64,000 nt of DNA, from NCBI GenBank assembly GCA_000092065.1, contig CP000590.1; one strand, given 5' to 3'. The notes beneath the pieces were generated by a model, which saw nothing but the letters and a program-made list of their open reading frames with translations, did not search any database and was not told where the DNA came from. This document shows, in pieces, positions 38,778-48,446 of this stretch (within the stretch, counting starts at the first letter, position 1; each line of letters begins with the position of its first letter). The DNA comes from Ostreococcus lucimarinus. Its lineage: Eukaryota. Both the position numbers and the translations under genes were made by a program.

Positions 38778-40886
38778 CTATTGTTGTATGAGTGGTCGAA
38801 ACCCTCCATTAACTTCTATCAACGAATCCTTTCCTAGCAAATCTCTAATCACTTTTTCTGGATCTCTCGATCCCCCGTGTCGCAATAATTTGTCACGAAG
38901 ACTCTCCGCCGCGCCCGCCGCGAGGCTGTCGCCCTCAAAGTAACGCTTCCAAATGTCATCGGCCAGGACATCGGCGTACAGGTACGAGTAATATGTCGCT
39001 CCGTAGCCGACAAAGTGACCAAATCTAAGCTCCCAATTCGTACCGGACACAGGTTTGAACATACTGTGCTCGTTTTGAATCGTTGCAGCGAGATCAGCGA
39101 TCGATTTTGACGATAGTTCGGATGTTTGGTTGTGAAGCTCGAGATCGGTCAACGCGAAGACAACCTGTTGTTGCGACTCAATCGAACGAAATATATTCCT
39201 CGACTTGCGCAACGCGGAAATCATGGCGTCAGGTATGGGCTCGTGCGTCATGTAGTGTTTTCCAAGAAGCTTCAAAGCACTTGGATCCCACGCAAAGTGC
39301 TCGAATAAATGACTCGGAACCTCAACGATGTCCATTGGCGCTCGAGTTCCAGACAAATGTTGGAATTCTGTATCCGAAAGCACAGAGTGCATGGCGTGAC
39401 CAAACTCGTGTAAAAACGTTTCCACTTCTCCGTGACTTAACAAAGATCGCCCTTTGCCCGATACGGGAGGGAAGTTACACACGAGAGCGACCGATGGGTG
39501 CTGCCGTTCTGTGGGCGACACCATGCGGCTACACCGAATGACAAAGTGTGCGGCGTGATTAAACTTTCCCGGCCTCGGGAGCAAGTCCAAATAAATCGTC
39601 CCTCGCATGTCTCCATCACGAGTCTTCACCACTAGTTTCTTCAGGTCATTCGTCCATCCTTCGCCAGGTGCCAACTCCTGCAGTTCGATGCGTAAACCGA
39701 GAACTCTCGCAAGAAGCTCGCCGATGCCGACGATGACGCCTTCCAAAGGGAAATACTCCGCAATCGCGGCCGAATTGAATTCGCACTCGTGTCCACGCGC
39801 TTGTGCCATCGCGTAAGTTTTGTCCCACACCGATATGTGTTTGCCGTGATTATACTTTTCAATGACGGCGTACTCGTCCTTTGCGCTCTGCCGAAGGACA
39901 TCCGATAGACTCAACAAGAACTCGCGAACGGCGTCGGGTGATCGAGCAAGCAACGGTGCGGTGGCATATTTGGCATATGTTTCGAATCCTAGAGAATGCG
40001 CGACACCAGCACGAGAAGATATGAGGTTGGCCAAAACGTCTTTGTTTGGCTCGGGTCCAGTGTTCGCCGCTATGAAGACGTCTCGGCGCGCGTTTGAATC
40101 CCTCAGGTGTCTCAACATCAACGACGAGTTCGATGAATCTACCAACCCCGTCCATAGCTTACCATCATTACTTCGAAACTGGTCTCGCACTGTCTTCGGG
40201 AGCGAACTCAGCGTGCTCTTGTCGAGCGATACTCTGCTCGCTAACTCTGGGCGCAACAAATTCCGTTGAAACTCCATCCCGAGCTCAAGACTTCGCGACA
40301 AGCTCCCGTCGAAATCCCGTCGCCTCGCCGGGTCGAGATGAATACCTCCGCGTTCAAAATCTTCTTGCAAAGTAAGCGCCACGCGCGCGCCCTCGTCGCT
40401 CAAATTCTTTGCGTCCCTCTCTCGCGCGCTCCGCAACGCCTCGTACAAGTCGCCGTCGGCGTTCAAGCTTGCAACGTAATCTTGTAGTCGCACGTACGCC
40501 TTCTCCGCCGCGATGACGTATTCGCGCGAAGGATGCGTGTGACGACACACCTCCGCGACGTCCACGACTCGACAGACCTCATCAGATATCTCATCCAACG
40601 CCCCGACGCTCGCCGCGCTCGGCGCCGCCGCCTTGAGCGCGCGCGCCATCGCCTCGCACTTCGATATCGTCTCTCGCGCCAAGCGATCGAAATCTTCGGG
40701 CGCGCGCAAACCTTGAAGATCGTATAACCCCTGAGCGCTCGCCGTCGCCGTCGATCGCGCGCGATGCTCCGTCCACGGTCGACGAAACCCGTCGTGCGCG
40801 CCCAACGACCCATCGCCGTGTGACACATACTCGACCGTCCACGCGCGCGCGCGCCGCGTGAGACCGGTCCACGCGCGCCGCACCAT
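38778..40886 (-). CDS. MIP: M3-family zinc metallopeptidase (mitochondrial intermediate peptidase / thimet-oligopeptidase-like), about 702 aa
   Basis: The track ORF opens with GTG at 40901. The first ATG is at 40884-40886 (MVRRAWTGLTRRARAWT, presequence-like). It has the HEXXH zinc motif HEFGHAMHSVLS and the overall M3A architecture. Only 34 bp separate its stop from the DEAD-box gene's stop. Confidence 0.75.
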   Translation of the reverse strand: MVRRAWTGLTRRARAWTVEYVSHGDGSLGAHDGFRRPWTEHRARSTATASAQGLYDLQGLRAPEDFDRLARETISKCEAMARALKAAAPSAASVGALDEISDEVCRVVDVAEVCRHTHPSREYVIAAEKAYVRLQDYVASLNADGDLYEALRSARERDAKNLSDEGARVALTLQEDFERGGIHLDPARRRDFDGSLSRSLELGMEFQRNLLRPELASRVSLDKSTLSSLPKTVRDQFRSNDGKLWTGLVDSSNSSLMLRHLRDSNARRDVFIAANTGPEPNKDVLANLISSRAGVAHSLGFETYAKYATAPLLARSPDAVREFLLSLSDVLRQSAKDEYAVIEKYNHGKHISVWDKTYAMAQARGHECEFNSAAIAEYFPLEGVIVGIGELLARVLGLRIELQELAPGEGWTNDLKKLVVKTRDGDMRGTIYLDLLPRPGKFNHAAHFVIRCSRMVSPTERQHPSVALVCNFPPVSGKGRSLLSHGEVETFLHEFGHAMHSVLSDTEFQHLSGTRAPMDIVEVPSHLFEHFAWDPSALKLLGKHYMTHEPIPDAMISALRKSRNIFRSIESQQQVVFALTDLELHNQTSELSSKSIADLAATIQNEHSMFKPVSGTNWELRFGHFVGYGATYYSYLYADVLADDIWKRYFEGDSLAAGAAESLRDKLLRHGGSRDPEKVIRDLLGKDSLIEVNGGFRPLIQQ

Positions 40887-40980
40887 GTCGAGCGAACGCA
40901 CGGGCGTCGACGAGCGGCGCGGGCGCTCGCGCGTGCCCCCGCGCGCGGCGCTGTGCCGTTTGACGCGCGTCGATCGAAGT

Positions 40981-41022
40981 GTACATATAAATACATATAA
41001 ATACTGATGATAGTACCATCAG
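40981..41022. promoter_or_regulatory. Duplicated TATA-like element (tacatataaatacatataaatac) followed by a perfect 6-bp-stem inverted repeat, CTGATG-atagtac-CATCAG, in the MIP / JmjC divergent promoter
   Basis: Direct reading of the 340-bp divergent intergenic region. It is the only strongly AT-rich element there. A partial telomere-like motif, agggttaa, sits at about 41030. Confidence 0.4.
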
Positions 41023-41228
41023 AAAAGTCAGGGTTAATGTCATAAACATCCCGACACCCCGAACTCGCGCGAAAATGCACGGTCGCGTCGTCGTTTTCCT
41101 CGATCGAACGACGAGCGTTACTGCGAAACGGCCGACGCAGGACAGCACAGGCTGGCGCGACGGGGCGACGCGAGGCGCCACGGTGGACGACGCGCGCGGC
41201 CGGATCGTTTCATCAGACGTCCGTCGCG

Positions 41229-42875
41229 ATGGTCGACGACGCAAAGACGGTGACGCGCGCGCCCGCGTCGACGAAAGATTGTCGATTCGGTCGAGGTGTG
41301 GTCAAGGCGAGACGAGGACGTGCGAGGCGAGGCGAAGATGGGAGCGCGACGTCCGCGCTCGCGGTGATCGCACCGTTAGAAAAGGTGTTTCGCATGGATT
41401 TGATGTCGACTGAGGATGGAATGGGGCAGGAGCGCGACGATGATCCGCCGGCACGGTTTCCCGCTTCGACGGCGCCCGGGGGCGCTCGAGCGAGGCGCGA
41501 TTTTAAATCAATGAACGCCAGGGAGCATCACGAGTGCATGGGAGAGATGATGCGAAGTCAACCGATCGCACTCGCGAAAACTGGAGTTTTGGGGGACGTG
41601 AGCTCTAGATACGTCGCCGATCGCGTCGAAGGGTTAGAGCAAACGTGGGATTTTGACCGAGTCGCGTCGTCGCTCGGCTCGAGCGAGTGGGAGTGTTTGA
41701 TGTGTCCTTCAACCGAGCACAAATTTACGGTGTGCGACGACAGTAAGAACGCACACGGTTCTTATTATCACATACGTGAGCCCGCGGTTGAAAAGATGCT
41801 GTGTAAATTCAAAGACTTCGCGCAGTGCGCTCGAAGCTGGAGAGAAAAGTCAATCTTATTCGACGCAGAAATATTGCGCCCCGTGGCGAAGACGGGAGAG
41901 GACGGCGAGCGGCGAGACGATCTTCCGCTTGAAAGCGATTTTAATGGGAACTGTCCTAAGGACTTTATCGATGACATTCGTAAAGGTATCAATTGGAAGT
42001 GGTTGAACTCGCTGATTCGAGCGCAGCGCTTTGGCCGCCTGCTGTCTATGCGACTCGTCGCCGGCCATCGAGACGGCTTGACGCCGGCTCGATATATCTT
42101 GGAAGACTCAATTCATCTTCAAGTACACGGACGAAGGCGGATTTTATTGATTTCTCCAGAATACTCGTTTAAGGGTATGTATCCATACCCGGTAGCGCAT
42201 CCTTACGACGGCTACAGCATGGTTGACCTCGACGACGTCAATTACGGCCAGACGCCGGCGTTTGCTGCGGTGCGCGGTCAAAGCTTCATACTCGAGCCTG
42301 GAGACTTACTGTACATTCCACGCGGGTGGTGGAGACACGAGCAAGGATTATCAAAAGAGCACATATCGCTCGATTTGAGGTTCTCTCCCGGTAAACGAGC
42401 GCGAGATCGCCATGTCGCGGTACTTCCAGTTTCTCGCGACATCGAGGAACGACTGGCGAGAACCGAGGGCGTCGAGCAGATCAAACATTGGATCAAAGTA
42501 ATCGCAGAAGCGGATGATGCGAATTGGATAGACTTGAGCACTGTCAAGGGACACAGGCGTATTGTGATGGCCCAAATGGTGCGAGACGAAGTGGATTTGA
42601 GTCTTGGCCGAGGGACTTGGCAGGCGTTCCTTCGCACCGTCATCGACGGTAGACTCGACCCGACGCCTTGGTTGAACATCTCATTCAGAGAGCCGCTATA
42701 CCTGTCAGACAAACCCGTTCACGTCCCAGACACGCGAAGTGATCTCGAGAGCGAATTTCCAGAGTTCTTCGTCGCTAAGCTGAAAAAAGAAGGGTACAAC
42801 GTCGATTATACGCCCGTATCGGTTTTCAATCCAAATCATCCCGATACCATTGCGAAGGTCCCGCCGCCGCGATAG
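41229..42875 (+). CDS. JmjC/cupin-domain protein (JMJD5/JMJD7/HSPBAP1-like 2OG-oxygenase fold), 548 aa
   Basis: ATG at 41229. The C-terminal half carries the JmjC core: ..SIHLQVHGRRRILLISPEYSFKGMYPYPVAHPYDGYSMVDLDDVNYGQTPAFAAVRGQSFILEPGDLLYIPRGWWRHEQ.. The (L)YIPxGWWH signature is present. Confidence 0.65.
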   Translation: MVDDAKTVTRAPASTKDCRFGRGVVKARRGRARRGEDGSATSALAVIAPLEKVFRMDLMSTEDGMGQERDDDPPARFPASTAPGGARARRDFKSMNAREHHECMGEMMRSQPIALAKTGVLGDVSSRYVADRVEGLEQTWDFDRVASSLGSSEWECLMCPSTEHKFTVCDDSKNAHGSYYHIREPAVEKMLCKFKDFAQCARSWREKSILFDAEILRPVAKTGEDGERRDDLPLESDFNGNCPKDFIDDIRKGINWKWLNSLIRAQRFGRLLSMRLVAGHRDGLTPARYILEDSIHLQVHGRRRILLISPEYSFKGMYPYPVAHPYDGYSMVDLDDVNYGQTPAFAAVRGQSFILEPGDLLYIPRGWWRHEQGLSKEHISLDLRFSPGKRARDRHVAVLPVSRDIEERLARTEGVEQIKHWIKVIAEADDANWIDLSTVKGHRRIVMAQMVRDEVDLSLGRGTWQAFLRTVIDGRLDPTPWLNISFREPLYLSDKPVHVPDTRSDLESEFPEFFVAKLKKEGYNVDYTPVSVFNPNHPDTIAKVPPPR

Positions 42876-42947
42876 TCCTCGCGATAGTCCTCAGCTGACG
42901 GTAGCGTTGAATTATAATGTACATTACAACAAAAATGTCACATCGTT

Positions 42948-45032
42948 TCATGAGTCGTGGCGCGATCGTGTCACGTCTCCTTGGGGGGGGCGAATTCTTT
43001 CATCGGCCCAGAAATCGACATATTCGTCAAACTTGGGGCAGCAGCGATGATGTCGAAACATTCCTGTTTCTTTTTCGAGTCGCTTGTAGACTTCGTTCAC
43101 TTCCTCCGCCGCGGGTTTCCAGTCCATGTACGCAAAGTTGACCGCAGCTTTCCAGCCGTCGCCCAAATTCACGCCCCAGTGAACGGATCCGTAGTCGGTG
43201 ACGACGTATTCGCCCGCTCTTTGAACGTGTCGATAAACATGGATCTTCTCTTCGCCATTCACGCGCTTTGAATTCCAATCCTGGATCCGCGCCGGATCGA
43301 GCCAAAGCCTGCGCATCTCGAGAATGTCAACCGTGTATTCCGCGCCGAGCGTTTCTTGCAAATACGTGTGCAGCAAGTACAGATCGGATCGAGGAATACT
43401 ATACCAAACGACCGCCGAATGCGAGTCCGGACGAGCCAAGATGACATTTGCCGAAGCGAACGCGTAGTCCTCGAAATGCAAGGGGAAAATAGACCCGACA
43501 CCCATGTAGTAAAGCCAAGGAGACACGATGCCGACGCCCCAGAGTCGAGTCTCGCTCGCCTTCTCCGTGGCCATCTCGGCGGCTTCTAAGACGGCGGCTT
43601 CTATCACAGTACCAGCGGAGCTGTGCTTTTTGCCCTTCTTCTTATCTTCTCGCCGTTCGATTCTCCGTTGAACGGCAGATTGGTCTACTTTCGTAACCAC
43701 TCCGCCCGTTCGCCCTTTCTCCTCCGCTCGGGCCTCCTCCGCCGACTGCGGCGTTGCGCAGTCCAGGGCGGCGTCGAGAGACAGCCTCTTATTCACCACG
43801 TTCTGGGTTTCACACAGCTCCAAACACCGTCGTAACACACTTGGCTTTCTCTGACCCAGTAATCGAGGATCCCAAGGATGGGTTTGGGGCGTTTCAGACG
43901 CGTCCACGGCTCGAACATTCTTCATGAGTGCCTCCATCGCGATGCCTTGAAGGTATGGAAACTGGAGTGGAAAACCAGAATGAATTTGCTGTAAGAACCA
44001 GCATTCACGAGCGTTGACGTCCATGAGTCTAAACTGATCGGCGTGCGTACGACATCGCTCTTGAAAATCTTCCACAAAGGCGCCGATTTCCATGTTGGAG
44101 TCCACGTCATTCATCGCTCGAAACGGCTCGAGCAGGCCCGTCTTTCTGTCCGGCAAGTTTTGTCTAATGTACTGATAGTCGGGTCCAAGGGTGCGGAGCT
44201 TGATGGATTTGGTGCCGACCCAAGACAAGTCACACAGCGCGCTCGTATCGTCTAAGATGTCCCACCCATCGCTAATCTTGATCACCATCGCCCCTTGCTT
44301 GCCGAACTCGCTCCACCACGCTTTGTCTTCGCCTTGCAACAGTTGCTCTGGCGTCACGCCTAGATTCATGCAACTGTACACCGTGGGCAGCGTCGACGTG
44401 TCGTTTTTCCGCATGCTTTTGTGCGTGCGCAGCTCGCACAGTTTGATCGATTCGGGCCCAGTTCGCGAGGGCTTGGACGTCACCGGGGGTGGCGTTCGTC
44501 CGCTCGTCGTCTCGTGTCGCAAGTGCACCGCCGTCTCCTCGCTCGAGTTCGCCCCTGAGCTCGAGTGGTGGTCGTGATCGCCGCTAACGATGGCATCCTC
44601 AAACGTCGCACCTTTACCGTCCCAAATCCCGCGCGCGCGCGCCGGCTCCTCGTACCTGTACGCCGGCTCTGGACTCAACTCGCCCGCCGCGAATTTCGCC
44701 GCGAATCTCGCCCTCTTCTCCTCAAAGTCTCGCTTCTCCTCCATCTCGTGCGGCTCCATCCGTTCGCGTTCACCGTTATCGCACACGTTCAACGCCCGAT
44801 GCGGTCGCTCGGCGTGATATCGCCGCATCGCTCGCTTCGCCGCGTCGTTCCCTCGCCGCCGCTTCCCGCGTCGGCGTTCGCCTTCGCGTTCGCGTCCCGC
44901 CGCCTCCTTCCCTCGCCGCGCCCCCTCGCCGCGCCTTCCCGTCGTCCGTCGACGCGCGTTCGCCTCCGCGCTTTCGCACCATCTCGTCGCCGATCCCGGG
45001 CCGTCGTCTTCGCGCGCGCGCTCCCACGCCAT
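42948..45032 (-). CDS. JmjC-domain protein with a C-terminal KDM4/KDM5-type JmjC domain (putative histone lysine demethylase), about 694 aa. The 5' end is uncertain.
   Basis: The JmjC core is ..PWLYYMGVGSIFPLHFEDYAFASANVILARPDSHSAVVWYSIPR...YRHVQRAGEYVVTDYGSVHWGVNLGDGWKAAVNFA (H-x-E ... H Fe-ligand pattern). The start is set at the ATG at 45030-45032 (MAWERARE..). The upstream 1 kb of the track ORF is R-rich low complexity and overlaps exon 1 of the opposite-strand RING gene. Confidence 0.55.
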   Translation of the reverse strand: MAWERAREDDGPGSATRWCESAEANARRRTTGRRGEGARRGKEAAGREREGERRRGKRRRGNDAAKRAMRRYHAERPHRALNVCDNGERERMEPHEMEEKRDFEEKRARFAAKFAAGELSPEPAYRYEEPARARGIWDGKGATFEDAIVSGDHDHHSSSGANSSEETAVHLRHETTSGRTPPPVTSKPSRTGPESIKLCELRTHKSMRKNDTSTLPTVYSCMNLGVTPEQLLQGEDKAWWSEFGKQGAMVIKISDGWDILDDTSALCDLSWVGTKSIKLRTLGPDYQYIRQNLPDRKTGLLEPFRAMNDVDSNMEIGAFVEDFQERCRTHADQFRLMDVNARECWFLQQIHSGFPLQFPYLQGIAMEALMKNVRAVDASETPQTHPWDPRLLGQRKPSVLRRCLELCETQNVVNKRLSLDAALDCATPQSAEEARAEEKGRTGGVVTKVDQSAVQRRIERREDKKKGKKHSSAGTVIEAAVLEAAEMATEKASETRLWGVGIVSPWLYYMGVGSIFPLHFEDYAFASANVILARPDSHSAVVWYSIPRSDLYLLHTYLQETLGAEYTVDILEMRRLWLDPARIQDWNSKRVNGEEKIHVYRHVQRAGEYVVTDYGSVHWGVNLGDGWKAAVNFAYMDWKPAAEEVNEVYKRLEKETGMFRHHRCCPKFDEYVDFWADERIRPPQGDVTRSRHDS

Positions 45033-45370
45033 GTCGAGATTCGCGTCTCCGACGACCGACGCTCGTCGACGACGCGCGCGCGGATCGCGGCGCGTCGACG
45101 CGCGTCGACGCGGCGCGCGAAGCGCCGAGAACGTCGACGAGCGTTCGCGTCGGAGCGCGTCGGACGCCGCGCTCTGACGCGCGCTGACGCGCGCTGACGC
45201 CGACGAATGACGATTCGTCGACGCCGAGACGCGACCGCGACGACGGACGCGCGCCGAGACGAACGCGCGCGTCGCGGGCGACGACGCGATTCGGGGCGTC
45301 GGCGTGCGTCGGCGTGCGTGGGTTCTCTCATGGCGTTCACGACGCGTTGAATGCGGAAACGTGACGGGTA

Positions 45371-45382
45371 TAATTAGGGTTG
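45371..45382. promoter_or_regulatory. Telo-box-like motif, aTTAGGGTTg (8/9 match to TTAGGGTTT), next to a TATAAT-like element in the JmjC / RING-PB1 divergent promoter
   Basis: Direct reading: gggtataattagggttgcgacgg. Confidence 0.35.
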
Positions 45383-45689
45383 CGACGGCATCACCGGACG
45401 GGACGCCAGGCTTTCTTCCCGACGCGACCGGCGCGACCGGCGCTCCGGCGCGTCGGCACTCGTCGACGCGATGGGCGGACGCGTGCGACGATCGAACGAT
45501 CGCGCGCGCGCGAACGACGCGACGCGCGCGGACGAAGAGATGGGCGACGCGGACGCCGCGCGGGCGAACGCGAACGCGAACGCGAACGACGCGACGACGG
45601 CGCCGCGCGGTGAAGGTGCGGGGAAAAATCGCGCGATTCGTTCGATTGATTGTCGCGTCGCGTCGACGCGTCGTGCGTTGGCGAGTTCG

Positions 45690-46739
45690 ATGAGACTGAC
45701 GAGGGCGCGCGCGCGCGGACGCACAGACGATCAGTGCTGGATTTGCCTGGACGGGGACACCGCGGACAGAGAGGTGCGCGCGCGACGACGCGCGACGACG
45801 CGCGCGACTCGATCGCCAAGATAGGCTTTTCCCATACAAATGTGACTTTTTGGGCGAAAATATCTTTCGCGCGAGATCCCGCGTTTTTGGTGGCGTGTGT
45901 GTAAACAAACGGTCGGACCGGGACCGGGACCGGTTCGCGTCGGACGCGTCCGGAGCGCCCGGAGCGCGACACGGGGGGTGGGCCGGAGCGATGAGACTGA
46001 CCGATGATCGCGCGTTCGCCTCGCGCAGTTGTATCATCCGTGCGCGTGTCCGCGATGGGCGCACGCCAAGTGCGTGGCGCGATGGCAGTTGCAGTGCTCG
46101 GGGAAGCCGGAGGAGGTGACGTGCAAATTTTGCGCGTCCAGACTGCCGGATTGGCGAGCGACGCTGTTCAAAGACGTAGTGCGCGCGAGTGACGACGCTG
46201 TGGTGCCGACGTCGACGAGTGGATCGAAGAAGAGAAACAGTATGGATGAACGTTTACTACGCAGTTCCGCGGACGGAGACGACCAAGAAGCGGGGACGCC
46301 CGGCGACGAAGAGACGGACCACAAAGACGGACCGGGAGAAATCAAGGGCGATATCATCGTCAAGTTTAATAATATCTCGTTCCGATGCCAAGTTCGCACC
46401 GGGCCGGATGGATTGGCGGATTTCATGCGGCAAATCAGAGAACGTTGCGGGATACCGGAGGAGAAGATGAAATCGCTCAACCTCACGTATCGGTGCAAGG
46501 ATCCGAACAACGGGATGCCGATGACGTTGGAAGGGCTGAACGAGAGCGCTTTCGATGCCGCGGTTTTATGCTCGGCGGTTCAAGATAAGATCAAGCATCA
46601 AGCTCGCGTCGATTCGGCGGTAAAGTCTTCTCGAACTACCGAAATTACGTCTAGATCCAATAGAAGGCGTTCCGGTGACCGCAACTCCTTCGAGGAAGGT
46701 CGCCGTGAACAAGTCTCAGCGTTTCGACGATTCGAATGA
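45690..46739 (+). CDS. C4HC3 zinc-finger (RING-CH/PHD-like) plus PB1-domain protein. Two exons: join(45690..45773, 46029..46739), about 265 aa.
   Basis: Exon 1 (MRLTRARARGRTDDQCWICLDGDTADRE) supplies the first Cys pair. Exon 2 (track ORF 46029.., which starts at TTG) supplies LYHPCACPRWAHAKCVARWQLQCSGKPEEVTCKFC, completing a C-x2-C-x13-C-x-C-x4-H-x2-C-x16-C-x2-C finger. The GC-rich intron 45774-46028 runs GTGCGC...CGCAG, is 255 nt long (a multiple of 3) and is phase 0. The C-terminal region GDIIVKFNNISFRCQVRTGPDGLADFMRQIRERCGIPE..LNLTYRCKDPNNGMPMTLEGLNESAFDAAV is PB1-like. Two TGTAA motifs lie in the 3' region. Confidence 0.6.
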
Positions 46740-46944
46740 GGACCCGTAAGGAGCTTTCGTTGTCAACATCGTTCAAGACGAGTGGAATTTTTGTACACGA
46801 CGCAGCGATACGAGCTGTTTTTTTGTATTAAGCGCAAACTTTTGTACCGCGTATGTGCGGCGGTCGTTCTGTAATAAACGATCGTGTAACATTATGAATA
46901 AAATACTACAACCATGCACGCAAAAAACACGCTCAATCAAATTC

Positions 46945-48040
46945 CTAAAACATTTCCGCCACCATGCTCGCCGCGTCGTTTTGCCCTTGGAATCCGCTGA
47001 GCTCGGCGAGCTTTTCGAGCGTCTGTTCGCCTTCTAGTTTCTTCCCATTGATCACCCACGTCGGGAACCCCTCCACTTTCGCCGCATCACACGCCGTAGC
47101 CACGGGCGTGCCTCGTTCCCACCCATCTGGGAAGCACTCCACGTACGGAATCTGCGCCCCAGCGCCGAACGTCTCCTTTTGTTCGATGCAGTGCGAGCAC
47201 CAAAACGCGCCGTACATCTTCGCTCCGGTCTCTGCGAGATGTTTCGCGAGTGCGCGAGAGTATGCCGTAGACGTTTGCTCCAACTGCGCGGGCGCGTAGG
47301 CTAGTTTCAACCCTTGAGTGTTTTTCGCGTCCGGGCTCTCCGTGAGCACGATGCTCATCGTCAAAACCGTGACGACGTACAACGCGATGGCCGGCGGGAA
47401 CGCGTTGGCGCTCTCTCTCGAACTCAGACCCGCGAAACCGACGCCAAAAAGCGTGAGCGACAGAGCGGCGGACGTCAAGCAGTACAAGCACTCCACACCA
47501 CCGAGCTTGAAGGCTAAAACAAAAAGTAAATACGACGACACGCCGGCTAATCCCGTGGCGCCGAAGAAGAGTAACACGCGCGCCTTGCCGTAGGATGACT
47601 CCAAATCCTTATCGCGTCCGTCGTCGCCTTGCTTCACGAGCTCGTCTTGCATACCCGCCCCCCACCACGCCAGCGCGGCGACCAAACCGTACGCCACCGC
47701 CCCGAACGCGGACAGCGGAATCCCAAACAACTCGGCGTATCCGCTATTCAACGCCGTCTGACACCCGCCCACGGGACACGCCACTTCCCCCCCCGTGAGC
47801 TTTTGCACCGCCAAATACGTCGATTCTAACGCCCCGAATCCCGCTAACCCGGCCATCACGCGCAGAGGCGGACGCGGGAGCGGTCCGGGCGGCAGACTCG
47901 GAGCCGGTTTCGGCTTCGCCTTCGTCTCCGTCGCCGGCTCATCCGTCAGCGCCGGCGCGCTCGCGGGTTCACCGTTCTCCGCCTCGACGACGACCCGCGC
48001 GCGTCGTTCGCGCGCGTCGCGCGCGTCCCATCGTCTCGTT

Positions 48041-48081
<41 letters not shown>

Positions 48082-48144
48082 TCGTCGCGTCCATCGTCCT
48101 CGACGCACCGACGCGCGCGCACCGATCGTCCCCGTCGCCAACAT
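46945..48144 (-). CDS. LTO1: VKOR (vitamin-K-epoxide-reductase-like) membrane domain fused to a thioredoxin-like domain; LTO1-type thylakoid thiol oxidoreductase with a transit peptide, 399 aa
   Basis: ATG verified (cat at 48142-48144). The VKOR core has loop cysteines (..GEVACPVGGCQ..) and a membrane CxxC (GVECLYCL). The C-terminal Trx-like domain carries WCSHC (YGAFWCSHCIEQKETFG). The transit peptide contains a poly-Thr run encoded by (GTC)n at 48044-48081. Confidence 0.8.
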
Positions 48145-48446
48145 CGCGCGCCGCCGTTCGCGTCCGCGCTCGCGTCGCGCGCGTCGAGCCCTCGACCGCG
48201 CCGCGCGCCGGCGTCACCGTCCTCGCGCGCGCGCGTCCGCGTCGTCGCCGCTCGCGCGCGCGTCGGATTTTGCGGATAACGCGTCGTCGATTCGTCGATT
48301 CGTCGATTCGCTCGACGCGGCACTCGCGCGCGCCGCGTCGCGCGCGACTCGCGTCGATGCGCGGCGCGGCTCGCGCGCGCGCGCGCGCGAGCCCCGCGCG
48401 CGCGTCGCCTCGCGCGCGTCGCGCGAGGGCGTCGACGACGCGCGCG

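Noticed and set aside
44565-46064. R-rich ORFs (e.g. 44565..45197 +, 44789..45340 -) and the 5' kilobase of the 42948..46064 ORF upstream of the JmjC gene
   Set aside because: Low-complexity Arg/Ala/Ser strings in a GC-rich promoter region. The region also contains exon 1 of the opposite-strand RING gene, so it cannot all be JmjC coding sequence.
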